DNA from: a virus
Lineage: Duplodnaviria > Caudoviricetes
DNA length: 64,000 nucleotides
Reading direction: 5' to 3' (one strand)
IMG/VR virus record: IMGVR_UViG_3300037507_003370
Location: 1 to 64,000 of that record
This document shows positions 53,501 to 61,492 of this stretch, piece after piece. The notes beneath the pieces were generated by a model that made no database searches, was not told where the DNA came from, and saw nothing but the letters and a program-made list of their open reading frames with translations. A program made the position numbers and the translations under genes. Positions within the stretch are counted from its first letter, which is position 1; the number at the start of each line of letters is the position of its first letter.

Positions 53501-56500
53501 ATTTTTACAAAGTCAACAATTATCATTTTTTGCTCAAGGAGGATCAGTAGAAGATACTGTACCAGCATTATTAACTCCTGGTGAATTTGTAATTAATAAA
53601 AAAGCAGCTCAAAAAATTGGATATGGCAAACTTAAAAAATTAAATCATGCGGATAAAATACAGGGTTATAATAGAGGAGGAATTGTACATAGGTTCGCTG
53701 ATGGCGATGTTGTCCCTCCGTCTGGCCCAGGCTCAGGTGGAGATTCTGATCCAACAATAAGAGACTTAATGGAACGAATTAGACAGTTATCAGAAGTAAT
53801 AGACAGACTTTCTGCTACTGTAAGAGATTCGTCAGATACCAGAGAAAGAACACCCGCAGAAAGACCAGAAAGAAGACCAAGGACTAGAGAAGAAATTTTA
53901 GATAGATATGGATCTAGAGTAATTAATAATAGTTTTAGATCTATGGATAGATTTACTACTAGACTTAATGTACTTACTGGTGTTGTTGGAGTCGCAGCAA
54001 ATTTCTTAGCAGAAACTATAGGAGAAAAGTCTGCAGTTGGTGCGGTTGTACAGAGTTTTGCAAATAGCATCACCACAGCATCTGGAACAGTGTATAGTGC
54101 TGCTGGAGCAATAAAAGGAGCATATGAAGTATTACCAGAAGGTGTTCAAGAACTAGTTAGACAACGTATTGGATCTTTTACTGCTGGTGGTGGATTTGGT
54201 ACAACCGGAGTTCAAGCCGCAGGAGGAGCAGCAGCAGGATTAGCTATAGCCGCTGCGACTATTTATGCTGGAATAGAAGCATTTAAGGCATATAATGATG
54301 CTATTAGAAAACAAACAGAAGAAATAGCCAAAAATAATATGACTCAAGGTTTGGAAGAATTTGATAAAGCTTTAGAATTATATACAAAAAATACAACAGA
54401 TAATGCTTTTGCGCTCAAAGTTGCTGGCGAACAATTAGCCAAAGCAACTAGTGCAGCATTAACAATAGTAAATCTTAATAAAACTAATCCAGACAGAGGA
54501 TATGCTAGTATTATTGGAGAAAATATTGGGACCGTAGGAGGAGGTCTTGTTGGTGGTGCTGTTGGAGGAGCAACTGCTGGTGCAACAATTGGAACAGTAA
54601 TATTTCCTGGTGTTGGTACAGTAATAGGGGCCCTATTAGGAACTGCGATTGGTGCTACTGCGGGCTATGCGTCAGATCAAGCCGTAGCATATTTCTCTGG
54701 TAGAGGCGGACAAGAGCAGATTTCTCAAAGATCAGAAATAGCAAATAGATTTGGGACAGGGGCCTATACTCAATCATTATTTGATTCTAATACACAAACC
54801 AATCTTTCTAGATCCTTAGCTTCTGTTCAGGCAGCAGAAACTGCAGCAACTCTAACTCCAGTTAGACAAAGACAAGATCAATATTTTGAACAATTATTTA
54901 AATCGGGCGTTTCGGAATCTGAAATTCAATCAGCTCCAGAATGGCAACAACAAGCAGAATTAATAGCCAGATCCAATGCTGCTACAGAAGAACAACTTAG
55001 ACTTATAGATGCAGACCTATCTGTTTCTAAAGAACTAAGAGATGCAAAAAAACAAGAAATTATTGCATCCACAGCTAGTGCAGAATTAAGAAAACAAGCA
55101 GAACAAGTTAGAATACAAAGAGAACAAGAAAGAGCAGCAGATGAAAGTAAATCATATATGGTTAGCTTGGAAAGAAGCTTTCAGAATATGGAACAGGCAA
55201 TGGACTCGACCTCTTACTCTATTGATAAATTAAGATCGTCTGCAGAATTATCAGCCGCAGCTTTACAGGGTCAGGCAAAAATTGGGAAAGTTACATTAGA
55301 TGCTATAGATGTAATCCGTAATCCTAATGTTGCCAGTAGACAAGAAAAAACACAAGCATATGGCTTAGCTGGTTCATTAATGGGATCTCAAGGCAAAAGC
55401 GTTACCGGATTACTTGAGTATGGATCAAATATAGAGGGTAGAATTTTATCGTCAATTAATAATGCTTTGGCTGAAAACTCTAAAGGATCATCTGAAAAAA
55501 TAGGAGCAGCTGTTAATAGGTCTGTTGCGAACGAAATAGAAGGATTAGATATTGGAGATTCATTAAAACAAAAATTAGCATCGCAAACTTCTGCCGCAGT
55601 TTCCAAAATGAGGACAGATGGTGATGAAAAGATTGATTTTGATGACTTGGCAGATAAAGTACCAGGATTAGCAAAAGTTGTTGATGCAACTAAAAGAGCC
55701 CAAGAAATGGCTGTTAAAAGACTGGAGTTTTTCCAGCAGTCACTTAATGAATACTCAGAGTCTATAAATAGTCTTGCAGAACTACAATATAATATTGGAG
55801 AAAGATTAAGAAGAGTTAATAACTTAAGAATCAAGTCTGAGGAAGATCTATCAAGAGCACTTGGAAAATCAACCAGTTTTGAAGCTACCAAGTCTAATGT
55901 TAGATCAAATGTTCAGTCTTTAGCAGGAACAACTGACCCAAGACAAATATTCGAAAATTTAGCAAATTTAGAACAGCAAAGACAGCAGCAACAATCAAGA
56001 GTAACTTCTGCTGCTAACAGAGGAGCAGTTCAAGAATATGTAGTAATGACTAATCAATTAAAGACTACTACATTACAAATGAGAGAGAATCACGCTGCTT
56101 TAAAAGAATTAGCTGAAAGTAGCGATGTTGCATCAGCAGCATTGAATAAAATAAATGATATACAACAACAGAATGCTGCTAGAACTAATATCTTAGAAAG
56201 ATATGTAACATCAACACCACAAGAACAAAATCAACTCTCTTCTGCTTTTGAAAGACTACAAAATAATATGGATGGCGCCACAAATAGCATGTGGGATTCT
56301 GTAAATGTTCAGAAAGCATATAGAGACTCACTAACAAGCGGTTCTACCCAAGCAGAAGCAATGAATAAGGCCCAAGAGGCTGCTGCACAAGATCGTAAAG
56401 AGACCTTAGATGCATTTAATATGATAGCTCCATTACTAGGAGATCAACAAAATGAATTAAAGGCTAATGTATTAGAAAGTATGATGAGAGAATCTGGTGT

Positions 56501-59500
56501 TCAAATGTCTCCATTATTTGAAAAGGCTCTTCAAGGATTAAGAAATCCAGAAAGAGATCCTCAAATGGATGCTGCTATTAAAGAATATCAAGAAGCCAAT
56601 AGGCTACAACAAGAAGCCAATGTATATCTTGCTATGTTAGATGGAAAAGTAGCACAAGACATGGCAACAAAATCAGACGAATTATTAAGAACATCATTAG
56701 CAACAGTAACTCAAAAATTCGAATTAGCAGAAAGTAGTGATGTAAAAAATAAAATTAATAGTATAGACAGTAGACTTAGAGATGGAATTAAAGTATTTCC
56801 TCAAGGTAATATTGGTGGTGGTTCTTCTGATGATGTAACCACAGCAGCTAAAGGTGGATACATAACATATAAGGCTGTTGGAGGCTCAATATTTAAGCCC
56901 AAAGGTACCGATACTGTGCCTGCCATGTTAACTCCTGGAGAATTTGTTGTTAACAGATCAGCAACTCAAAAGCATGGTTCATTATTAGAGTCTATTAATA
57001 GTGGACAATTTGCCAAAGGAGGAAAAGTAACATATCGAGCAGCTGGTGGTATTGTTGGAGACGTAAAATCACCGCATCTTAAAGATTTTAGCGATCCTTA
57101 TGAGGACTTGAGAGGACAACCATTAACAGGATCTTTCTTCTCTAAGCTAGGATCTAGTGATGATGTTGCTAAAAATTTATTGGATTTAGAACAAGGCTTT
57201 GGAGCTTTACAAGGATACCAAGCATCAGCCTATCCTACTTTTAATAACTCTGGTTCAACAGCAGACGGTCTTGATAAACAGTCAACAACAAAATGGATTA
57301 AAGATAATAGATCTCCAACCGGAGGTAAACTAGGTTGGTTTCCTGATCTAACTGTTTTTCACGGATCCGCAGGCAATTTAGGCTATTTACCAATATTCTG
57401 GGGTGCAAATGCTATTGCTGGTGCAACTGGAGCCACCGTTACAGCCAATCGTAAATCATTACAAAAACAGATGGTTACCAAGGATCTATTAGATTTAGGA
57501 AATCCAGATATTTTTGATGTTTTAAATGACAGATCAGCAAGCGGAAAAGGACCTAGAGCAAGAACAACTCTTTTATCAGAAGACCAAGCTAAATTACAGA
57601 AAGAAAAACTAACATCGATTTTTGATCAGGTTGACAAAGGATTGTCTGATGTTAAACAAAAAGAAATTAATTTATCAAAAGACGGCGGCGCCATAAATTC
57701 TGCAGCAAATATTGGTCAATATGGCGCAAGTTTTAGAAAATATGGACTCATATTAGGATCTTCAATACCAGATAAATATATGGGTCTTAGTTTTAATAAA
57801 CCAAACACTTCTATAGACCAATCTTTAGTAGGAGGAAATTTATCTGAGCCATCTTTTAGCGTTACTAAATATGGCTATGCGACATCTTCTACATCTCCAT
57901 TGGCAAATTCAACTAATACAGCAGTAATATCTGGGGGTATTCAAACAATACCAACAGAAGATCAGCTTAAGTCTTTTACCGATAAATATAAATCAGTTAT
58001 ACAAGTAGAAGAATGGAGAGCTTATATAGATAAACTAGATAAAGATAAGTCAAGAAGCACTACTCCTATAGAAGAACAAACTAACGCTAGAAATAAAGCC
58101 TTAAGAAAATTAATTAATAATCAAATAACACATATCCAACTCAAAGAAGAAGATTTGAGCGATGAATTTAAAAAGATGGCTGGCATAGATGGAGATTTTG
58201 AAAAATTAGATGTATATTCAGAAGCTTTTAAAGGTAGATGGCCTAATACAGAGTCTATGAAAACTAATTTTGGAATTAAAGATGAAGACCTTAAAAAATA
58301 TTGGCAAACTGGAGCAAATGATAAATTATTTACATTACAATATAGCAAAAAATTAAGAAATCTTTTAACCGGAGCAGAATTTGATCAACAGTATACTAAA
58401 GGATTGCCTTGGTCTTGGGGAGAAAATAGCATATTCACAGCAGAAACTATGGAAGCAGTTAAAAAAGAAATGGCATTATCTTCAGGGGCCTCTTCTTTTA
58501 AAGTCATTCCTAAAGTATTTAGTAAATCATATACAGACACAAGAGATCCTAATCAATATACAGCAAAAATCAAATTCCCATATGACTCATTATCATCTCT
58601 TTTATTTGATAAAGATAGTATGGACTATACCGCTCAATCACTTACTGCATTAGTTCCATGGTGGGAAAATCAACAAAAAATAGATCCTTTTAGTATTAAT
58701 CCATTTGTCGGCTTGGCTCAGCCTAACGCTGTGATTCCAGCGTATCAGGACGAAAAAAGTATGGAAAAATTTGTTAAATATTGGGTTGAAAAAGAAATTT
58801 TCAACAAACCATCCATTTATCTGCCTCTTTCGCCTATAAAACTACCTACAGCACTAGATAAATTTGTTGGAAGTGTTAATAATACAACACAATTCGATAG
58901 AGAAGTAACAGATAGTGAAGGAGGTAAGAATTTTGAACAAGGTAATTATGTTCCAGAGAATGCGGAAGTTGCTGATATATCTAATGCTTTATTTAAAAAA
59001 TATGAATATATATACGCAAAAAGATCTCAAGATACAAGCGCTAATAATGAATCAAAATTAAGGGAAAACTTATTACAATATAATTTAGCATCTAGTCTTG
59101 GTAAATCACTCTTAAAGAAAGATGGATTAAAATTACCATTATGGGATCCTGATCAAGCTTTTGTAACAGCAGATCCAGTTTGGCAAGCAGTTAAAGACAC
59201 GGCTCCAGACCTTGGAGTAGATGGATATAGGAACGCTGCCGAATGGAAAAGAAGCTATATATTAGCTGCCGCCGGAACAATAGCAGATCCGCCAGATAAG
59301 ATCAAAGCAGACGAGGACATTTTTCCTGCTCAAAATTATATAGCTTGGATTAGAGCAAAAACCGTAGAAGCCTATTCTGCAAATGAAGAGAGTCAGGATA
59401 AATATAAACAATCAGGAGGAGTAAATATATCTTCTTTGGGTAAGTTAGTTTCTGCTTGGAGATTTATGGAAGAGTCTAGAACAGCTGGAGGAAGCGCAAC

Positions 59501-61487
59501 ATCATATAAGGACGATAATAGTCCTAAAGATAATCCTTTTTCTAAACGCCTATATAATAGATATGAAAAAGATCTAAAGAAATTTACTAAAAAAGTTACT
59601 TTACAAGCACCAGACAGAAACAAAAAAGGAGATAAGCCATGGGAAAGAGACTATGATGACACTGGAGCTGGATTAGAAAGAACATATTGGGACAATGCTA
59701 AATTAGCTTCTGATGCCGGATTTGTTCAAACTGTTTTATCAGAACAAGAAGGTAAAATAGATGATAGAAGAGCAAGAACTCTTTTAAGTTATCGTAGAGG
59801 ATATAAAAAAGATTCGGTACAACCAGAAGAACAAGCAATTTTAGATGCTTATGGTACAATGGTAGACAAAAAAGGAAGAGAAGACATAGCATTTGATCTT
59901 ACAACAGGAGGAGCTAACGAAGCTAAAGCGCCAACAACTTTTACTGGTCCTGGCGGCGTTTATGAACAAATGATGGATCAATATCAAGTTATGCAAATTG
60001 GCAGACGTTCTATGCTAAGAGCATTAATAGAAGATAGAGCAAGATCCAATTTTGATGCTCCAAATTTTGAAAATTCTGGATACGAAGAGTGGTGGGAAGA
60101 TATGTCAAATGATCTCGAATATATTGAAGAATATTTATCTGCTAGAGATTATATGTTATTGAAAGCAACCTCTTCTGCAGAATTGTATAATCCTGCTGTT
60201 GGAGCAGCAGTACAAGCGAAAATAAGTCAAGTGTCTGGAGGTTTACCAGACTTTTTATTAAATGCTATGCCAGGACTAACAGGAGGAGCAGACTATAATT
60301 CGTTATATGGAACAGTCGTAGACAACATGGCTCTTTCGGCGCAAGAGTTTGTAGATTCTATAACTGGCCCAAGACCAGTTGATCCGAGTAACCCAACACT
60401 TGGAACACTAACAGATGATCAAGCTCAGAGAGTTAATGAGCTTAGAAAATTAATAGCTACAGAATTTGGCCAAACAAGAGATATAAAACCAAGCGTTTAT
60501 ACTCAAGAAATTTTTGATATGTATAAAACATACATTGAAGACAATTATAATAATGCTAATAAAGCATATAGCAAATTAAATGAAGGAACTATGTTGCAAC
60601 CTCCCAATGAGATTTGGGATCGTAGCGATTTAGTTGTTCTAGCAGACAAAGCTTCGGCTAATAGTCCAAATACTTTTAGAGCATTTTATTTAGCTTCTGT
60701 TGGTGCTGGTAAAAACTTAGCAGAACTTAAAAAAGACGAGATGCAGGGATTTGGAGGACTATTACCTAGTGCTCAAAAGGGTGCCGAAGCATTAGGAATG
60801 TCCTCTGCCGAACCAGATAAAAAGAGCCAACCTCAAACCAGAGCTTCTGGAGGATTGATATATAATCAAAGTTACAAGCCGAATAATATTGATTGGTCAG
60901 CAAAAGGCACAGACACTGTTCCTGCAATGTTAACACCAGGAGAATTTGTAATTAACAAAGATTCTAGTCAAAGATACATGCCTATTTTAGAAGCTATTAA
61001 TCAAGGAAACTATACTCAGGGCAATATTGTTCAGTATGCTAGCAGAGGAGGAACAATAAGACCAATATACAGAAACATGGGTGGTATTGTAGGAGGAAAC
61101 CAACAGCAAGGTGTATTAAATTCATATATTGGATTGGATGAAAAATCTATAGCAGCTTTAAGGGACTTTACGGCCAAATTTGATCAATTTGCTAAACAGC
61201 TTTTGGAACTTAGACTACCAACTATTGGAATTGATAGCACTAGCTTGGGAGCATTAACTACATTTAGTAATAGGTTTGATGAATTTAGCAAGAGTTTGCT
61301 CAAATTGAATATACCGCCGGTGATTACGATAAACGCAAAACATGATGTTAACGTCAATATTAATGGAGCTAGTGTGTTTAACAATCTCAATGCCTATGTT
61401 AGCGATATAGTAAAGAGCGAAATTGATAAAGCATTTAGTCAATTAGCTAAGGTTTCCGAAAATGCTATTAATTTGTATGGGTCATAA
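47541..61487 (+). CDS. Giant tape measure protein with embedded enzyme-like domains (4648 aa)
   Basis: N-terminal TMP core (FDRQLVRL...ALAPSF..NSVAAAFAVESSDI..), glycine zipper at aa ~2330-2375, four DTVPA(M/L)LTPGEFV modules. Confidence 0.88.
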   Translation: MARAFNLTAELNLRGPSNLRPVINDIRRQLGNITANVNVRIDRNAQRSIDTANASLQRLNTTLAATAANAVRANANINTLAGTINNLRNALNGAGNGLRDLTTNVGAAARDVTAAARATRAATSEMEEFGRQAGLAVRRFAAFSVSTSVIYGLVNAVTSATREFIDFDRQLVRLTQITGESYKSLGRITDTITDLSTNLGVSSSSLITIADTLAQAGLSAGETEKALRALALTALAPSFDDLNETVEGSIALMRQFGISAGQLQSALGSVNSVAAAFAVESSDIITAIQRTGGVFASASKGVSEGTDALNEFIAVFTSVRATTRESAETIATGLRTIFTRIQREGTIEALKEYGVNLQDVEGKFVGAYKAVQLLSEGLNSLDPRDVKFSRIVEELGGFRQIGKVLPLIQQFGTAQQALAVAQRGSSSLTLDAVKAQQSLAVQFTKTRENFVALIREIGQSNSFQNLVKLGLTLTNVLIRLADVAQPLLPIITAIAAVRGGRALTNFIGGFIGGLRPGVGGDAGGGGGGGGAGGGGGGRGGRGGGGGGGGGRDDFRSSLQDVTTSLDSLQGSIDPLTNAIQALSTNSIAGLVSQISVLNTSVVDLNATIVSRPGGTGFARGGLVPGQGNRDTVPAMLTPGEFVIRKKAVETLGADQLYGMNKYSNGGSIRSGNRLRRQRFAKGGKAAKLASIDGDFRAVDGDTFDATVTPTGDQFTARFRVAEFDTYETRGKSSLVSTDRAKKIMSLNPKEPPLQESSGRYKVPKNYRVTSRNETAATAAAEATKQLQSKLDQFVGTAAADKTVPGGGGVGRYLAKTGFSIDDEYTTGRKWDEDGNELNIGGIVKKFALGGKVRRNVGYIDYDVIANEANKSIVEKGMSELGVTGPRLYTDALTKLAVSSRKAGDLDKLKAIYGVAGSGKTTLARGQGTDKGSLRETTRFPILGPDDIKKANEILILSSSVSKSKMEDFFTEVDRVYALSSSTKSEQEKVMAQRLGRDISGIGLEGRAPGTTGSASSDTTVGEALLSQLGKKSVVLGRGDSGNLRRKQGQELVEVIKKKLAFTWGGFAPTTAGHESIMDAAAAMGFAPEDFIALVGANEGIKAGDPSSYRTAVFDQDFRVLLAKAGFGAKGATVLPKPRDFEVPQGFDISEGTGRRKVILPQKGSRAFVADKTPEQMAKYKDAGYDVTNLERTGGISGTMVRDLIMSGKIDQLQDVLSPGVYDIISKNLPILQNRANVLPEIIKQVQASQQSSVDAVEKQITDIGIKRINRKQAESDPEYAAKIALLEELRKKKTKLQSAGAFEPYRLLDKLASDQPDKYGLKFAQGGLIQKFMAGEMVQKLPAPARKIIDALGGLEPAAKIGGVRSTEILEILKKKVVNQSQKTIQDKILAQYAEVIGAEQQAMDQAMKFGLVGLFGETKVGTNDQGRTIYDPKWDYSKQFGPEDIGGRNTTIIARGLRSQYAEAVYQMQREIFGVNENFARNLETAGGFGAQSLANIQGPAVKAGQAGIEGAMIELVLARLGAPLRENAPANRPIDYPDGLGDAAKFFGIDPDMPTEVKRTINGDSLARTREEIERYYKEVLQVFATGGKVKLYHGSNTGINDSVLNSFKEKGALSNIAKGYGQGEGFYLYTEKNKAQQQANMRVNGGSNFTVAQGDRSGKPMVLTFNEQLSPKDYDLDYELQKGLVVQWMHDNYDTLKDKYAPTENQTGLKGKFDKNPDAGMMSVGVSIQEGSQTLKSEDGTEFTLPGGSRKSIYAGSGGDVREGALLGQLMSRIQSGDPELVNSFESKLFEKPLGLALKYVGSSPLKPSNIETFADGGSVEGQKKEKNFGKIGIKNNGSEIIAAYLGTKDRSGMVSAKKMADNLYTVGLSKASEGYGPKLYDIVMEAATANGGMLAPDRNIVSDAAKGVWSYYFNNRSDVRKTPLDRNQWTQNSALIDPKLLGDKNTWPPYSDPAWILQSGYSKNSELLNSSDIVNLNDDKYKSFLQSQQLSFFAQGGSVEDTVPALLTPGEFVINKKAAQKIGYGKLKKLNHADKIQGYNRGGIVHRFADGDVVPPSGPGSGGDSDPTIRDLMERIRQLSEVIDRLSATVRDSSDTRERTPAERPERRPRTREEILDRYGSRVINNSFRSMDRFTTRLNVLTGVVGVAANFLAETIGEKSAVGAVVQSFANSITTASGTVYSAAGAIKGAYEVLPEGVQELVRQRIGSFTAGGGFGTTGVQAAGGAAAGLAIAAATIYAGIEAFKAYNDAIRKQTEEIAKNNMTQGLEEFDKALELYTKNTTDNAFALKVAGEQLAKATSAALTIVNLNKTNPDRGYASIIGENIGTVGGGLVGGAVGGATAGATIGTVIFPGVGTVIGALLGTAIGATAGYASDQAVAYFSGRGGQEQISQRSEIANRFGTGAYTQSLFDSNTQTNLSRSLASVQAAETAATLTPVRQRQDQYFEQLFKSGVSESEIQSAPEWQQQAELIARSNAATEEQLRLIDADLSVSKELRDAKKQEIIASTASAELRKQAEQVRIQREQERAADESKSYMVSLERSFQNMEQAMDSTSYSIDKLRSSAELSAAALQGQAKIGKVTLDAIDVIRNPNVASRQEKTQAYGLAGSLMGSQGKSVTGLLEYGSNIEGRILSSINNALAENSKGSSEKIGAAVNRSVANEIEGLDIGDSLKQKLASQTSAAVSKMRTDGDEKIDFDDLADKVPGLAKVVDATKRAQEMAVKRLEFFQQSLNEYSESINSLAELQYNIGERLRRVNNLRIKSEEDLSRALGKSTSFEATKSNVRSNVQSLAGTTDPRQIFENLANLEQQRQQQQSRVTSAANRGAVQEYVVMTNQLKTTTLQMRENHAALKELAESSDVASAALNKINDIQQQNAARTNILERYVTSTPQEQNQLSSAFERLQNNMDGATNSMWDSVNVQKAYRDSLTSGSTQAEAMNKAQEAAAQDRKETLDAFNMIAPLLGDQQNELKANVLESMMRESGVQMSPLFEKALQGLRNPERDPQMDAAIKEYQEANRLQQEANVYLAMLDGKVAQDMATKSDELLRTSLATVTQKFELAESSDVKNKINSIDSRLRDGIKVFPQGNIGGGSSDDVTTAAKGGYITYKAVGGSIFKPKGTDTVPAMLTPGEFVVNRSATQKHGSLLESINSGQFAKGGKVTYRAAGGIVGDVKSPHLKDFSDPYEDLRGQPLTGSFFSKLGSSDDVAKNLLDLEQGFGALQGYQASAYPTFNNSGSTADGLDKQSTTKWIKDNRSPTGGKLGWFPDLTVFHGSAGNLGYLPIFWGANAIAGATGATVTANRKSLQKQMVTKDLLDLGNPDIFDVLNDRSASGKGPRARTTLLSEDQAKLQKEKLTSIFDQVDKGLSDVKQKEINLSKDGGAINSAANIGQYGASFRKYGLILGSSIPDKYMGLSFNKPNTSIDQSLVGGNLSEPSFSVTKYGYATSSTSPLANSTNTAVISGGIQTIPTEDQLKSFTDKYKSVIQVEEWRAYIDKLDKDKSRSTTPIEEQTNARNKALRKLINNQITHIQLKEEDLSDEFKKMAGIDGDFEKLDVYSEAFKGRWPNTESMKTNFGIKDEDLKKYWQTGANDKLFTLQYSKKLRNLLTGAEFDQQYTKGLPWSWGENSIFTAETMEAVKKEMALSSGASSFKVIPKVFSKSYTDTRDPNQYTAKIKFPYDSLSSLLFDKDSMDYTAQSLTALVPWWENQQKIDPFSINPFVGLAQPNAVIPAYQDEKSMEKFVKYWVEKEIFNKPSIYLPLSPIKLPTALDKFVGSVNNTTQFDREVTDSEGGKNFEQGNYVPENAEVADISNALFKKYEYIYAKRSQDTSANNESKLRENLLQYNLASSLGKSLLKKDGLKLPLWDPDQAFVTADPVWQAVKDTAPDLGVDGYRNAAEWKRSYILAAAGTIADPPDKIKADEDIFPAQNYIAWIRAKTVEAYSANEESQDKYKQSGGVNISSLGKLVSAWRFMEESRTAGGSATSYKDDNSPKDNPFSKRLYNRYEKDLKKFTKKVTLQAPDRNKKGDKPWERDYDDTGAGLERTYWDNAKLASDAGFVQTVLSEQEGKIDDRRARTLLSYRRGYKKDSVQPEEQAILDAYGTMVDKKGREDIAFDLTTGGANEAKAPTTFTGPGGVYEQMMDQYQVMQIGRRSMLRALIEDRARSNFDAPNFENSGYEEWWEDMSNDLEYIEEYLSARDYMLLKATSSAELYNPAVGAAVQAKISQVSGGLPDFLLNAMPGLTGGADYNSLYGTVVDNMALSAQEFVDSITGPRPVDPSNPTLGTLTDDQAQRVNELRKLIATEFGQTRDIKPSVYTQEIFDMYKTYIEDNYNNANKAYSKLNEGTMLQPPNEIWDRSDLVVLADKASANSPNTFRAFYLASVGAGKNLAELKKDEMQGFGGLLPSAQKGAEALGMSSAEPDKKSQPQTRASGGLIYNQSYKPNNIDWSAKGTDTVPAMLTPGEFVINKDSSQRYMPILEAINQGNYTQGNIVQYASRGGTIRPIYRNMGGIVGGNQQQGVLNSYIGLDEKSIAALRDFTAKFDQFAKQLLELRLPTIGIDSTSLGALTTFSNRFDEFSKSLLKLNIPPVITINAKHDVNVNINGASVFNNLNAYVSDIVKSEIDKAFSQLAKVSENAINLYGS

Positions 61488-61492
61488 TAACT

